64,000 nucleotides of DNA from Bacteroidaceae bacterium (GTDB taxonomy: Bacteria; Bacteroidota; Bacteroidia; Bacteroidales; Bacteroidaceae), in assembly GCA_017451645.1 (NCBI GenBank), contig JAFTNZ010000009.1, positions 115,729 to 179,728 on the forward strand, given 5' to 3'. Position numbers and translations under genes: made by a program. Of the stretch, positions 29,980 to 39,654 are shown in pieces (the stretch's first letter is position 1; every line of letters begins with the position of its first letter). A model generated the notes under the pieces. It was not told the DNA's origin, ran no database searches, and saw only the letters and a list, made by a program, of their open reading frames with translations.

Positions 29980-31181
29980 TGAAAAATAGAAAAATGAGAA
30001 ATGCCCTCGCAACCTGCTGCCTGTTGGTCGGGTTCACCGCATGCAATGAAGCGGACAAGGGCGGACAGCTACCCCAAGTATCAATCTCGCTGCCGACTGA
30101 TGCCCCGGCTCTCACACGTGACGAATGGATAGATGTGCGCATACGGATAACGGACGAAACCGGCAATCGAGAGTTCTCCTCACCTTACCTCAGTGTACAA
30201 GGACGCGGACACTCCACTTTCGACAAGCCCAAAAAGCCCTACAACCTGAAGCTTGACCGCGAACGTTCGATTCTGGGACTTCCGGCTCGGAAAAAATTTG
30301 CTCTGTTAGCCGGATTCTTCGACCATGCCCTTATCCGCACCGCATTGGCACAAGAGGTAGCCCGACAGACTTCGTTAGCCGCAACCACGCCACAGGGACG
30401 CTTCGTCAGCCTGCGAGTAGAAGGAGGGGAACAAGGGATTTATTATCTCTGTGAGAAAGTGGCTGACATGGTCAACGAAGAAACATTGATGTTCGAGCTG
30501 GACTCTTATGCCATCAACGAAGGAGGCACTTCGTTCCACACAGCCGAACTGCAACTCCCCATCACTGTGAAACAACCAAAAAAACTGCCAACATCCTTAT
30601 TGTCCGAGATGGAACGCATCGTCAACGAAGCAGAAGCAGACCCAGCCCAACATGTAGATTTCGACACCTTTGCCGACTATTTTCTCGTACAGGAACTTTG
30701 TATGAATGCTGAACCAAATGGACCACGGAGCTGTTTCATGCACTTGCTCCCAGACGGTCGGATTGCAGCCGGCCCGGTATGGGATTTCGATTTGGCCTTC
30801 ATTTCAGTAAATGTGGATGAGAAAGACGACCTGCGCCCACTACGTCTCTCACACCTCGATGGGCTACGGACACTCACGCCCGACTCACTCTACAATGCCA
30901 ATGCCTTATGGTACGGACGCCTGCTACAAGACAGTTCCTTTGTTTCACATTTGAAAGACCGATGGCAGACACTGAAACCCCGTTTCGAAGGACTGACTGC
31001 CTGCATCGACAGCCTCGACCAGCTGATACGCCCTCAGGCTATCACCGACCAACAGATGTGGAACCATTTGGAGCCAGCCCGCTTCGATTCATGCACTACT
31101 TATGAGTCTGCCATTGCTACCCTGAGGAGCATCTATACCGAACGTATCCAAAAACTGGACGGACTGGTAAAGGGGCTATAA
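29979..31181 (+). CDS. CotH kinase family lipoprotein
   Basis: Lipobox FTAC; GRGHST, KKPYNLKL, GIYYLCEK, GPVWDFD; start overlaps the upstream stop. Confidence 0.85.
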   Translation: MKNRKMRNALATCCLLVGFTACNEADKGGQLPQVSISLPTDAPALTRDEWIDVRIRITDETGNREFSSPYLSVQGRGHSTFDKPKKPYNLKLDRERSILGLPARKKFALLAGFFDHALIRTALAQEVARQTSLAATTPQGRFVSLRVEGGEQGIYYLCEKVADMVNEETLMFELDSYAINEGGTSFHTAELQLPITVKQPKKLPTSLLSEMERIVNEAEADPAQHVDFDTFADYFLVQELCMNAEPNGPRSCFMHLLPDGRIAAGPVWDFDLAFISVNVDEKDDLRPLRLSHLDGLRTLTPDSLYNANALWYGRLLQDSSFVSHLKDRWQTLKPRFEGLTACIDSLDQLIRPQAITDQQMWNHLEPARFDSCTTYESAIATLRSIYTERIQKLDGLVKGL

Positions 31182-31184
31182 AGA

Positions 31185-32078
31185 TTATAATTTGTTCAAA
31201 TACCCCCTGATATTCGCCAGTACCTTTTCACTGAGACGGTCAAAAGCCTGACGGGTACGTCCTGTGGAAACCTCCATACAGCGTACGCGGGGATGGCTGA
31301 GCAGATGGTTACCTCCCAATGCTCCCACGGTGTCGCAGAAACAAAGATTGTCGGACTGTCCCAACCACTGCAGAAAAGGAGCCTCGTCCCAAGCGGGCGA
31401 AAGACCTGTATTAAAAAGAACTTTGTGATTGCCTAAGCGGACAAACTCCTCTTTATGGAGCAACACCGTATTTTTGTTCAAGCAGCAGAAAATCACCTCA
31501 TTCTTTTCCAACAACTCTCCCAATGCCAAAAAGCTGTAACCTTTTACAGTAGCAGCAGATTTCTCACTGCGGGCAAAATAAGAGACTTCTGCTCCAAAGA
31601 ATTTCATGGCATCGGCTATCATGCCACCTGATTTGCCCAATCCGACAATACCAACCTTCAGACCGGTGATTTCACGGGGCATCCCCTCCCAAGCCTTCTG
31701 CCCGAAACCGTGAAGCAGGCGCACCAGTTCACTCACGACATATTCTACGACACCTTCGTCGCCATAGTCACGTATGCCGGTGACAGTGATACCATGCGCT
31801 TCGGCATAGCGTATATCAACATTGGCGCTCTCCGGTGAATAGAGTGAACAACACATACCAATGTATGTCACGGCAGGACACTGCTCTAAAATGGAAGCTG
31901 TCAAAATAGATGTATAGCTCAACAATACGGCATCAGCATCACCTATACGCCGAACGATTTCCGCTTCCCCTACAGGAACATCTTCATACATCAGCACCTC
32001 TTCGGCAAACTTCTTGAGTTCTTCTTCTGCCGAAGAAATGAGACTGACAGGCTCAATGGCTACTAATTTCTTGAACAT
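31185..32078 (-). CDS. D-isomer-specific 2-hydroxyacid dehydrogenase-like protein
   Basis: ANVD...GITVTGI and EITGLKVGIVGLGKSG nucleotide-binding motif. Confidence 0.8.
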   Translation of the reverse strand: MFKKLVAIEPVSLISSAEEELKKFAEEVLMYEDVPVGEAEIVRRIGDADAVLLSYTSILTASILEQCPAVTYIGMCCSLYSPESANVDIRYAEAHGITVTGIRDYGDEGVVEYVVSELVRLLHGFGQKAWEGMPREITGLKVGIVGLGKSGGMIADAMKFFGAEVSYFARSEKSAATVKGYSFLALGELLEKNEVIFCCLNKNTVLLHKEEFVRLGNHKVLFNTGLSPAWDEAPFLQWLGQSDNLCFCDTVGALGGNHLLSHPRVRCMEVSTGRTRQAFDRLSEKVLANIRGYLNKL

Positions 32079-32147
32079 TCTTTATTGATAATTTCTAATT
32101 CCACAAAAGAAGAGGACATTTCATCATTCATTTTTTTAATACAGACA

Positions 32148-32204
32148 ACGCGGATGACGCAGATTTTATCTTATCTTTATATAATTTATCCGCGCCATCC
32201 GCGT
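32148..32204. repeat. ACGCRGAT-type intergenic hairpin
   Basis: acgcggatgacgcagat / atccgcgccatccgcgt arms. Confidence 0.75.
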
Positions 32205-32262
32205 CTAAAAAATGAAACAGTAATATTTTGGCACAGTTTCATTTCTTATTTTATGTGATCCG

Positions 32263-32538
32263 CTATAACATCATAGCAATAAAACCTTCTAAAAAAAACC
32301 AACTGACTATTAAAACTATTACTACGGAAAGGCAACCGCCACCTTTGTCATAGCCGCTCCGAATTCCCATCTTAACGGCCAATTCGTCTATATAGTCCTT
32401 GGCTTCCTTGAGGCCACACCCCTTGGTTTCTTTGTATTCCTTCACAGCCATAAGCATAGCTCCGCTCTCAATGAGTTCGGCATACGGTCTGTCCTCTTCG
32501 GAGACTACATAGCCATTGGGCATAACTTTCGGTTCCAT
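32263..32538 (-). CDS. Small protein with ribosomal L7/L12 CTD-like motif and C-terminal TM helix
   Basis: 91 aa from ATG 32538: AVKEYKETKGCGLKEAKDYID followed by GGGC and a hydrophobic tail; starts just after rhaD. Confidence 0.7.
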   Translation of the reverse strand: MEPKVMPNGYVVSEEDRPYAELIESGAMLMAVKEYKETKGCGLKEAKDYIDELAVKMGIRSGYDKGGGCLSVVIVLIVSWFFLEGFIAMML

Positions 32539-32552
32539 AGCCACATCCTTCT

Positions 32553-33362
32553 TTATTTCGGCAAGCCGAAAGTATCGCTCAACTCTTTCATCTGGGCATC
32601 GCTCATGCCTTCGGGCTCGAATCCCATGTTCTTGGCAGCAATGTAGATGAGGGCAGACTTGTTGAGTACATCCACCTGGTCGAAAGCAGACATGATGTCG
32701 GTATCGACAGCGAATACACCATGTTTCTCCCACATTACTACATCGTAGTCATCGTCGATAGCCTTGATGGTGGCATCAGCCAACTCTACGCCGCTGGGCA
32801 TCAGATAAGGAACCATACCCAATCCACGCGGACAGAAAGCCTTTGTCTCGGGAATCATGCTCCATAACATGCGGGTGGCCACATCCTTCTGCATATACTT
32901 CTGACTGTGGGTCAGTGCCACCAGCTCGATAGGATGGGTGTGCAACGATGCACGGTAGGGAGAACCCTTAGCCAACAGATAGTTGTGTACACTCAAGTGT
33001 GAAGGAAGTTCAGAAGTGGGCTTCACAGGATTATCGGCAATGATGACATAGCTGGCACAGTCGTCCAGGATGCGGATGATAGAACCATTGTCCATCGGCC
33101 AACGGGCGAGGTCGCGCATACGCATCTGGGTACCCTTGCAATAGAAATAGCAACCCTTCAAGTGGGGCAATGTGGTACCAATCTGCATCACGTCGCTGAT
33201 GGCTGGCATAGCCTTGATTTCGTCGTCGATATACTCGGTAATGTTTACGGTGATGTTGCCTCCATTACGCTCGGCCCAACCTTTCTGCCACAGGTAACCG
33301 GCAACCTCTGCTACTTGTCCCACGGCCTTGGCCAGTGCGGGACGATTGTCTAATATACTCAT
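32553..33362 (-). CDS. rhaD: Rhamnulose-1-phosphate aldolase
   Basis: GWAERNGGN, PTSELPSH, HTHP, WSMIPE, WEKHG. Confidence 0.95.
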   Translation of the reverse strand: MSILDNRPALAKAVGQVAEVAGYLWQKGWAERNGGNITVNITEYIDDEIKAMPAISDVMQIGTTLPHLKGCYFYCKGTQMRMRDLARWPMDNGSIIRILDDCASYVIIADNPVKPTSELPSHLSVHNYLLAKGSPYRASLHTHPIELVALTHSQKYMQKDVATRMLWSMIPETKAFCPRGLGMVPYLMPSGVELADATIKAIDDDYDVVMWEKHGVFAVDTDIMSAFDQVDVLNKSALIYIAAKNMGFEPEGMSDAQMKELSDTFGLPK

Positions 33363-33374
33363 ATTCTCTTTTTT

Positions 33375-34412
33375 TTACTTCAATAATTCAGGAATAAACG
33401 TGGAAGCTATCAGCACGATGATACCGATAACCAATACGGTAATGGTCTTCTGAGAACAGCCTTTCCACTCTTTGAGGATGATACCCCACACGTTGGAGAA
33501 GGTTACGTTCAATGCCATGAGGATGCAGAAGGCGAGAGTCATCAATGTGGGCGACTCGGTGAGGAATCCTTTACCCAAGGAAAGGCCAAAGAACTGGCTG
33601 TACCACAGACCTCCGGCCAATGCACAGAAGATGATATTGTTCACCCATACGTTTCCTTTCTTATAGTCGCCCCATGTCTTGTTCTTGCTGTTCTGATAGA
33701 AACAGTAGATGGCATTGGTGACGAATCCGCCAAGAGTGACGAGCAAAGTGGCTGGCAAGGTGCGGAACATCGGGTCGGTGAGTTCACTGAAATTGATGTC
33801 TTTACCAAACTCCAGACCTACGTTGAAACAGCCACTCATGAAACCTGCCAACAGGGCGATGGCCAATCCTTTCGGGAAATTGAAATCCTTCACAGCGGCT
33901 TTCTTCTCCTCTTCTGAGAGGGAAGCGGCCTTCATACCACCAGCCACACCTATGATGGCAATACCCACAAGGGTAACTACCACACCAAGGATAACGGCAA
34001 AGGTCAATGACTCAAGGGCATTCAACTCGGGGAAGAACATATTCAGCAACACGGGGCCCATGATGGTTCCCAATCCGGCACAAGTACCCAGTGCAATGCT
34101 CTGTCCCAAGGCTACACCCAGATAGCGCATAGAGAGACCGAAAGTCAAACCTCCAACTCCCCACAATACACCGAAGAATACAGTCATCCAAATATTGAAT
34201 GAGCTGCCACCGGTGAACAATTCACACAAGCTATGCCCTTCGGGCACTGCCAACAAAGCTCCCAACAAGGGGAACAACAACCATGCGAATACACCCTGTA
34301 CAATCCAATACGACTCCCACGACCAATCCTTGATCTTGTTGATGGGCACGTAGCAACTTGACTGACAGAAGGCACCGATGGCTATAATCAATAGTCCGAT
34401 TACTATGTCCAT
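33375..34412 (-). CDS. rhaT: L-rhamnose/proton symporter
   Basis: WSWESYW, LWGVGGLTFGLSMRYLG, WYSQF, LKEWKG; about ten TM helices. Confidence 0.94.
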   Translation of the reverse strand: MDIVIGLLIIAIGAFCQSSCYVPINKIKDWSWESYWIVQGVFAWLLFPLLGALLAVPEGHSLCELFTGGSSFNIWMTVFFGVLWGVGGLTFGLSMRYLGVALGQSIALGTCAGLGTIMGPVLLNMFFPELNALESLTFAVILGVVVTLVGIAIIGVAGGMKAASLSEEEKKAAVKDFNFPKGLAIALLAGFMSGCFNVGLEFGKDINFSELTDPMFRTLPATLLVTLGGFVTNAIYCFYQNSKNKTWGDYKKGNVWVNNIIFCALAGGLWYSQFFGLSLGKGFLTESPTLMTLAFCILMALNVTFSNVWGIILKEWKGCSQKTITVLVIGIIVLIASTFIPELLK

Positions 34413-34421
34413 AATATAAAA

Positions 34422-34555
34422 GACCCCCTCTAACTCCCCTGTAGGGGGGAGAACCCTGTCCTTGCAGAGGAGTTAGAGGGAGGTTGTTTAAGTTTATAAT
34501 TATTTTTAATAACGATGTTCGAGTCCCCTCCCTACAGGGAGGGTTAGGGTGGGTC
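34422..34555. repeat. Two C-rich/G-rich palindromic elements between rhaA and rhaT
   Basis: ccctctaactcc...ggagttagaggg (34422-34482) and tcccctccctacagggagggttagggtgggtc (34524-34555). Confidence 0.75.
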
Positions 34556-34557
34556 CC

Positions 34558-35811
34558 TTATCTCTTGCTTGTAACCTCAGCTACGTACTTGTCGATTTCT
34601 GCGATGAAAGCGTCACCTACAGGTACGTTGTTCTTCAAGCAGAACATGTCGTAGACTGCCTGCCAAGGCATAGCCTTCTGCTCTTCCATAATACCGAGCA
34701 CCTTGTAGCCTTCGCCTGCAAGTTCATACTTGGCAAGCAAGTCTTTCGGTTCGAGGAGGGCGCGGAGCATGCACTTCTGGGCTGAACGAGAACCAATGAC
34801 ATAAGCACCGATACGGTTGATAGAGCCATCGAAGAAGTCGAGACCGTAGTGTACGCGATCGAGAGCACCTGCACGAACGATTTCGAAGAAGAGTTCCTGA
34901 GTAGGATCGTCCATGATAGTTACGTGATCTGAGTCCCAACGAACGGGGCGAGACACGTGGAGCATCAACTCCTTCACGAAAGGCAATACGGCAGAAACCT
35001 TGTCGGCAGGAGACTCTGTCGGGTGATAGTGACCGGTGTCGATAGTCAGAATCTTGTCGTACTTAGAGGCGTATGCTGTGTAGAAGTCATGTGAACCTAC
35101 AGTGAAGCTTTCCAGACCGATACCGAATACTTTACCCTCGATACAATCCTTCATCATAGGAAGTTCCTTAGCAAAGATTTCATCCAATGACTGCTTCAGC
35201 AAGCTACGATAGAGACCGTGGTTCACGCTGACGTCCTTACAACCGTCATGTACCCAAAGGTTCATGATACAGGGATCCCCCTGAGCCTCACCCATGGCAT
35301 TGGCAATCTCACGGCAACGCTTGGTGTGCTCAATCCAGAAGTCACGGATGCCCTTGTCGGGGTTAGAGAGAGAGAGGTTACCGCTCTTCGGGTGAGAGAA
35401 TGAAGTAGAGTTGAAGTCCAACGGAGTGTTGTTCTCCTTACCCCAGTCAATCCAGCTCTGGAAGTGCTCTATGCCTACCTCATCGCGGTCAACCACCTTG
35501 CCTTGGAAGTCACCATAGATTTCGTGAAGGTTCAAACGGTGAGTACCAGGAATCAAAGTTTTAGCTTTGAGAACATCCTGACGGAGTTCGTCGATATTGC
35601 GAGCTGCACCGGGGAAATCACCTGTTGACTGGATACCGCCGGAGAGGGCACCTGCCTGCACTTCGAATCCCTTCACGTCATCAGCCTGCCAGCAGTGCAT
35701 GCTGAGGTGGAAGTCCTGCAACTGTTCCAACACTTTGTCTGTGTCAATACCAAGGGCAGCGTAGCGTTCCTTGGCAATTTCATACGCTTTGATAATCAAT
35801 TCTTCTTTCAT
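34558..35811 (-). CDS. rhaA: L-rhamnose isomerase
   Basis: SMHCWQADDV, RLNLH, FSHP, FGIGLES, VGSH, DTGHYHPTE, HVSRPVRWDSDHV, SINRI. Confidence 0.96.
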   Translation of the reverse strand: MKEELIIKAYEIAKERYAALGIDTDKVLEQLQDFHLSMHCWQADDVKGFEVQAGALSGGIQSTGDFPGAARNIDELRQDVLKAKTLIPGTHRLNLHEIYGDFQGKVVDRDEVGIEHFQSWIDWGKENNTPLDFNSTSFSHPKSGNLSLSNPDKGIRDFWIEHTKRCREIANAMGEAQGDPCIMNLWVHDGCKDVSVNHGLYRSLLKQSLDEIFAKELPMMKDCIEGKVFGIGLESFTVGSHDFYTAYASKYDKILTIDTGHYHPTESPADKVSAVLPFVKELMLHVSRPVRWDSDHVTIMDDPTQELFFEIVRAGALDRVHYGLDFFDGSINRIGAYVIGSRSAQKCMLRALLEPKDLLAKYELAGEGYKVLGIMEEQKAMPWQAVYDMFCLKNNVPVGDAFIAEIDKYVAEVTSKR

Positions 35812-35852
35812 GATAGTTGTTTTCTTACGTTAGTTAATATTTATCAGTTTAT

Positions 35853-37316
35853 TCACTTCGTTACTTCCAAAAATCTCTTGAAGGCTTCGTTCCACACTTC
35901 AGTATCCTGCGGAGCAAACTCGGTGGTTTCGATGGACAATGCAATCAGGTGACGCATCTCCTGGATACCGTTGACCATGCCGGCAGCTTTGGCCTGTAGC
36001 ATGATATTGCCTATGGCTGTTCCCTCCGAAGGTCCGGCCACCACAGGGATTCCCAATGCATTGGCCGTAAACTGATTAAGGACATTATTCTTAGAGCCTC
36101 CACCGATAACGTGCAGTTTCTCAATGGCAAAGGGAGCCATCTCCTGCATCCATCCAAACACCTGCTTGTAGCGCAGAGGGAGACTCTCGAATATACAACG
36201 TGTCAATTCGCCGTGAGTCTCAGGCACGGGCTGTCCTGTGCGACGGCAGTAATCCTGAATAGCCTCAATCATGCGATCAGGGTTGGCAAAACAAGCATCG
36301 TCAGGATTGATGAGACTACGGAAAGCCGGTGCTGCCATGGCCGCTTCGATTAGTTCGGGATACGAATAGTCGGTGGCCCACTCCTTGCGGCAACGTTCAA
36401 GCAGCCACATACCACAGATATTCTTAAGGAAGCGAGTGGTACCTTCCACTCCACCCTCGTTGGTAAAGTTCACTTTATAGCTCTCTTCTGTAATGATGGC
36501 ATCTTTCACTTCGATACCCATCAGCGACCATGTGCCCGAGCTAAGGTAAGCAAAACGTTCGTTCTGAGCCGGCACAGCTGCCACGGCACTACCAGTGTCA
36601 TGTCCTGCCACTGCAATGACGGGAATGGCACCCAAGCCTGTCTGACGTTGTACTTCCTCGCTCAACGGACCCACCACCTCACCAGGGAAGACGAACCGAC
36701 CAAACTGTTCTTCTGTCACACCTACAGCTTCCATTAGTTTCTTGTCGAAACGCTTGGTGCGGGGATCCAACATCTGCGAAGTGGAAGCAATGGTGTACTC
36801 CGTCACCATGTTTCCGGTGAGCATATAGCTGAGAGCATCGGGAATGAAGAGTATCTTGTCAGCTGCCTCCAAAGCCGAACTCTTGTCTCGCTTGAGGGCA
36901 TAGAATTGGAACAGGCTGTTGAAGTTAAGGAACTGGATACCGGTAACGTCATACACCTTCTCTTTGGGCACTATGCCAAAGAACTCCTCCATAGCACTGA
37001 AAGTATGGGGGTCGCGATAGCAATAGGGACTGCGCATCACACCACCGTCTTTACCGAAGCAGACAAAATCGACGCCCCAAGTATCAATACCAATTGACTC
37101 AATCTCAACCCCTTCTTGAGCCACAACCTTCAACCCACGGATGATTTCATGATAAAGCGCATAAATGTCCCAATAGAAATGACCGCCCACTTCAATGATA
37201 TTGTTGGGAAAGCGTGTCAGTTCGCGCAAGTCGAGGTTCCCCTCCGAGAGTGTACCCAAAATGGTACGCCCGCTGGTGGCTCCCAAGTCCACCGCAAAGA
37301 ATTTTCTGTCCTTCAT
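35853..37316 (-). CDS. rhaB: Rhamnulokinase
   Basis: DLGATSGR, GIDTWGVD, HDTGSAV, SSGTWSL, NEGG, IGGGS; first gene of the rha operon. Confidence 0.94.
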   Translation of the reverse strand: MKDRKFFAVDLGATSGRTILGTLSEGNLDLRELTRFPNNIIEVGGHFYWDIYALYHEIIRGLKVVAQEGVEIESIGIDTWGVDFVCFGKDGGVMRSPYCYRDPHTFSAMEEFFGIVPKEKVYDVTGIQFLNFNSLFQFYALKRDKSSALEAADKILFIPDALSYMLTGNMVTEYTIASTSQMLDPRTKRFDKKLMEAVGVTEEQFGRFVFPGEVVGPLSEEVQRQTGLGAIPVIAVAGHDTGSAVAAVPAQNERFAYLSSGTWSLMGIEVKDAIITEESYKVNFTNEGGVEGTTRFLKNICGMWLLERCRKEWATDYSYPELIEAAMAAPAFRSLINPDDACFANPDRMIEAIQDYCRRTGQPVPETHGELTRCIFESLPLRYKQVFGWMQEMAPFAIEKLHVIGGGSKNNVLNQFTANALGIPVVAGPSEGTAIGNIMLQAKAAGMVNGIQEMRHLIALSIETTEFAPQDTEVWNEAFKRFLEVTK

Positions 37317-37579
37317 GTGTTCCTTTTTCAAATGAATCAATCAAAGGGTACAAAGCACCCACGGTTACTAAAAGTGAACAAAAGTACTTTTTTTCTACCA
37401 CCCAGCCAATAAGTTTGGCCACTTTTCCATAAGAGAGGAGCAGTTTTAGCGTTTTTTAAGGTAACAATGTGTCCGCACACAGCGAAAAACACGTCCAACA
37501 GCCATTCTGACTGGACGAAACATTGGCCACCTCATTTTTTCTATGTACCTTTGCACCAAATTATTAGAACAGAACTATT

Positions 37580-39562
37580 TTGAAGACTTTCGAAGAGCTT
37601 GGAGTATCGGAAGAGATACTCCGAGCAATCACAGAATTGGGTTATGAAGCCCCTATGCCGGTACAGGAGGAGGTCATCCCCTACCTGTTGGGTAACGGTA
37701 ATGATGTTGTAGCTCTAGCACAGACTGGTACGGGCAAAACGGCCGCTTTCGGTCTGCCGCTCCTGCAGAAAACAAGAGTAGAAGAACCCATCCCACAAGC
37801 CCTCATTCTCTGCCCCACCCGCGAATTGTGCCTGCAGATTACCGGTGACCTGAACGACTATTCCAAGTACATCGAACACCTGCACGTACTCCCCGTTTAT
37901 GGAGGTTCTTCTATTGAGAACCAAATCCGCCAACTGCGCAGAGGAGTGCACATCATCGTGGCTACACCAGGGCGTCTGATTGACTTAATGGAACGCGGTG
38001 CAGTCTCCCTCTCCACCATCGAGAACGTAGTAATGGACGAAGCTGACGAAATGCTGAATATGGGATTTACCGACAGCATCAACACCATTTTGGCAGACAT
38101 TCCACAAGAGCGAAACACTTTGCTCTTCTCCGCTACCATGAGTCCCGAAATTTCCCGAATCAGCAAAAATTATCTTCACAATGCCAAGGAAATTGTCATT
38201 GGAACAAAAAACGAAGGAAGCAAGAACGTAAACCACATCTACTACCTCGTACATGCCAAAGACAAGTATCTGGCCCTGAAGCGTATTGCCGACTACAACC
38301 CGAAGATTTACGCCATTATATTCTGCCGCACACGATTGGAGACACAGGAGATTGCCGACAAGCTGATACAGGACGGATACAACGCTGACGCTCTGCACGG
38401 AGAATTGTCTCAGCAACAGCGAGACCTGACAATGCAGAAGTTCCGCCAACGGCGCATACAGTTGCTTGTGGCTACCGATGTGGCTGCACGCGGGCTGGAT
38501 GTTGACGACCTGACACACGTCATCAACTACGGACTGCCGGACGACACAGAAAGCTATACACACCGGAGCGGACGCACCGGACGAGCAGGAAAGACCGGTA
38601 CAAGCATCGCCATCATCCACGTGCGCGAACAGGGAAAAATGCGCAACATCGAACACACCATCGGGAAAAAGTTCATCAAGGGAAACATACCCACCGGACA
38701 GGAAATTTGCGAGAAACAATTATATAAAGGTATAGACGACATCGAACGGGTAGAGGTCAACGAAGAGGAAATTGCGCCCTTCCTGCCGGAGGTCTATCGT
38801 AAGTTAGAATGGCTCGACAAGGAGGACCTCATCAAACGCATCCTCACCCGAGAACTGAGCCGATTCATCGATTACTACAGTAAGATGCCCGACATCGAGA
38901 TGCCTGCTGAACGCGGACGAAAGGAGAAAGGGAACGATGGTACACAAGCCACCGGGGGCAAACGAAAAGGAAACCGAAAAGCCGAAGAAGGGTATGTGAG
39001 GCTGTTCATTAATTTAGGAAAGACGGACAACTTCTATGCGGCACAGATTATCGATCTGGTAAACCGCCATGTACAGGGAAAACCTCAGATTGGACGCATC
39101 GATCTGATGAAGAACTTCTCATTCTTCGACGTGGCTGAAGAGGATGCACGCCAAGTGGTGAAAGCTCTCAATCGCGCCAAAGTGGGCAACCGAAAGGTGG
39201 TGGTGGAAATGGCCGACGAAAGTGGGAGTCCCGAAAAGCGTCCCCGCAAGCAAGCGGATTGCAAGGATGCTTCATATAGACCAACCAAGAGAGCGGCAAC
39301 CGACAAACGAAAGATTGCAGATTTTGATGAACAGGATTCTTTTGAGCAATTCAAGAAAAAATCGAAACGAAAAAACGAAGAAGTTGCTGCCACCAAGCGG
39401 AAACCCTCGCGCGAGGAACGCGGATACACTGCTCCGCGAGGACCGAAGCGTAAAGACGACTGGAAACAATTTTTCCAGCACGACGACCGCCCGCTGAAAG
39501 GCGATATGCCCAACTTTGAAGAGGAGGGATGGGCACGACGAATTCCCAAGAAAAAGAAATGA
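37580..39562 (+). CDS. DEAD-box RNA helicase (DeaD/CshA-like, with DbpA-type RNA-binding domain and basic tail)
   Basis: AQTGTGKT, PTREL, TPGR, DEAD, SAT, ARGLD, HRSGRTGRAG; TTG start; TACCTTTG promoter at 37546. Confidence 0.95.
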   Translation: MKTFEELGVSEEILRAITELGYEAPMPVQEEVIPYLLGNGNDVVALAQTGTGKTAAFGLPLLQKTRVEEPIPQALILCPTRELCLQITGDLNDYSKYIEHLHVLPVYGGSSIENQIRQLRRGVHIIVATPGRLIDLMERGAVSLSTIENVVMDEADEMLNMGFTDSINTILADIPQERNTLLFSATMSPEISRISKNYLHNAKEIVIGTKNEGSKNVNHIYYLVHAKDKYLALKRIADYNPKIYAIIFCRTRLETQEIADKLIQDGYNADALHGELSQQQRDLTMQKFRQRRIQLLVATDVAARGLDVDDLTHVINYGLPDDTESYTHRSGRTGRAGKTGTSIAIIHVREQGKMRNIEHTIGKKFIKGNIPTGQEICEKQLYKGIDDIERVEVNEEEIAPFLPEVYRKLEWLDKEDLIKRILTRELSRFIDYYSKMPDIEMPAERGRKEKGNDGTQATGGKRKGNRKAEEGYVRLFINLGKTDNFYAAQIIDLVNRHVQGKPQIGRIDLMKNFSFFDVAEEDARQVVKALNRAKVGNRKVVVEMADESGSPEKRPRKQADCKDASYRPTKRAATDKRKIADFDEQDSFEQFKKKSKRKNEEVAATKRKPSREERGYTAPRGPKRKDDWKQFFQHDDRPLKGDMPNFEEEGWARRIPKKKK

Positions 39563-39595
39563 GAGTCTGTGACACGGTCAGACATAAGTTGTAAA

Positions 39596-39628
39596 GAGGG
39601 TGAGTCATGTTTATTATGACTCACCCTC
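39596..39628. terminator. Hairpin between convergent helicase and tryptophanase genes
   Basis: gagggtgagtcat / atgactcaccctc perfect inverted repeat. Confidence 0.75.
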
Positions 39629-39654
39629 CTTACTTATCAGCCGACAAGAGAGGA

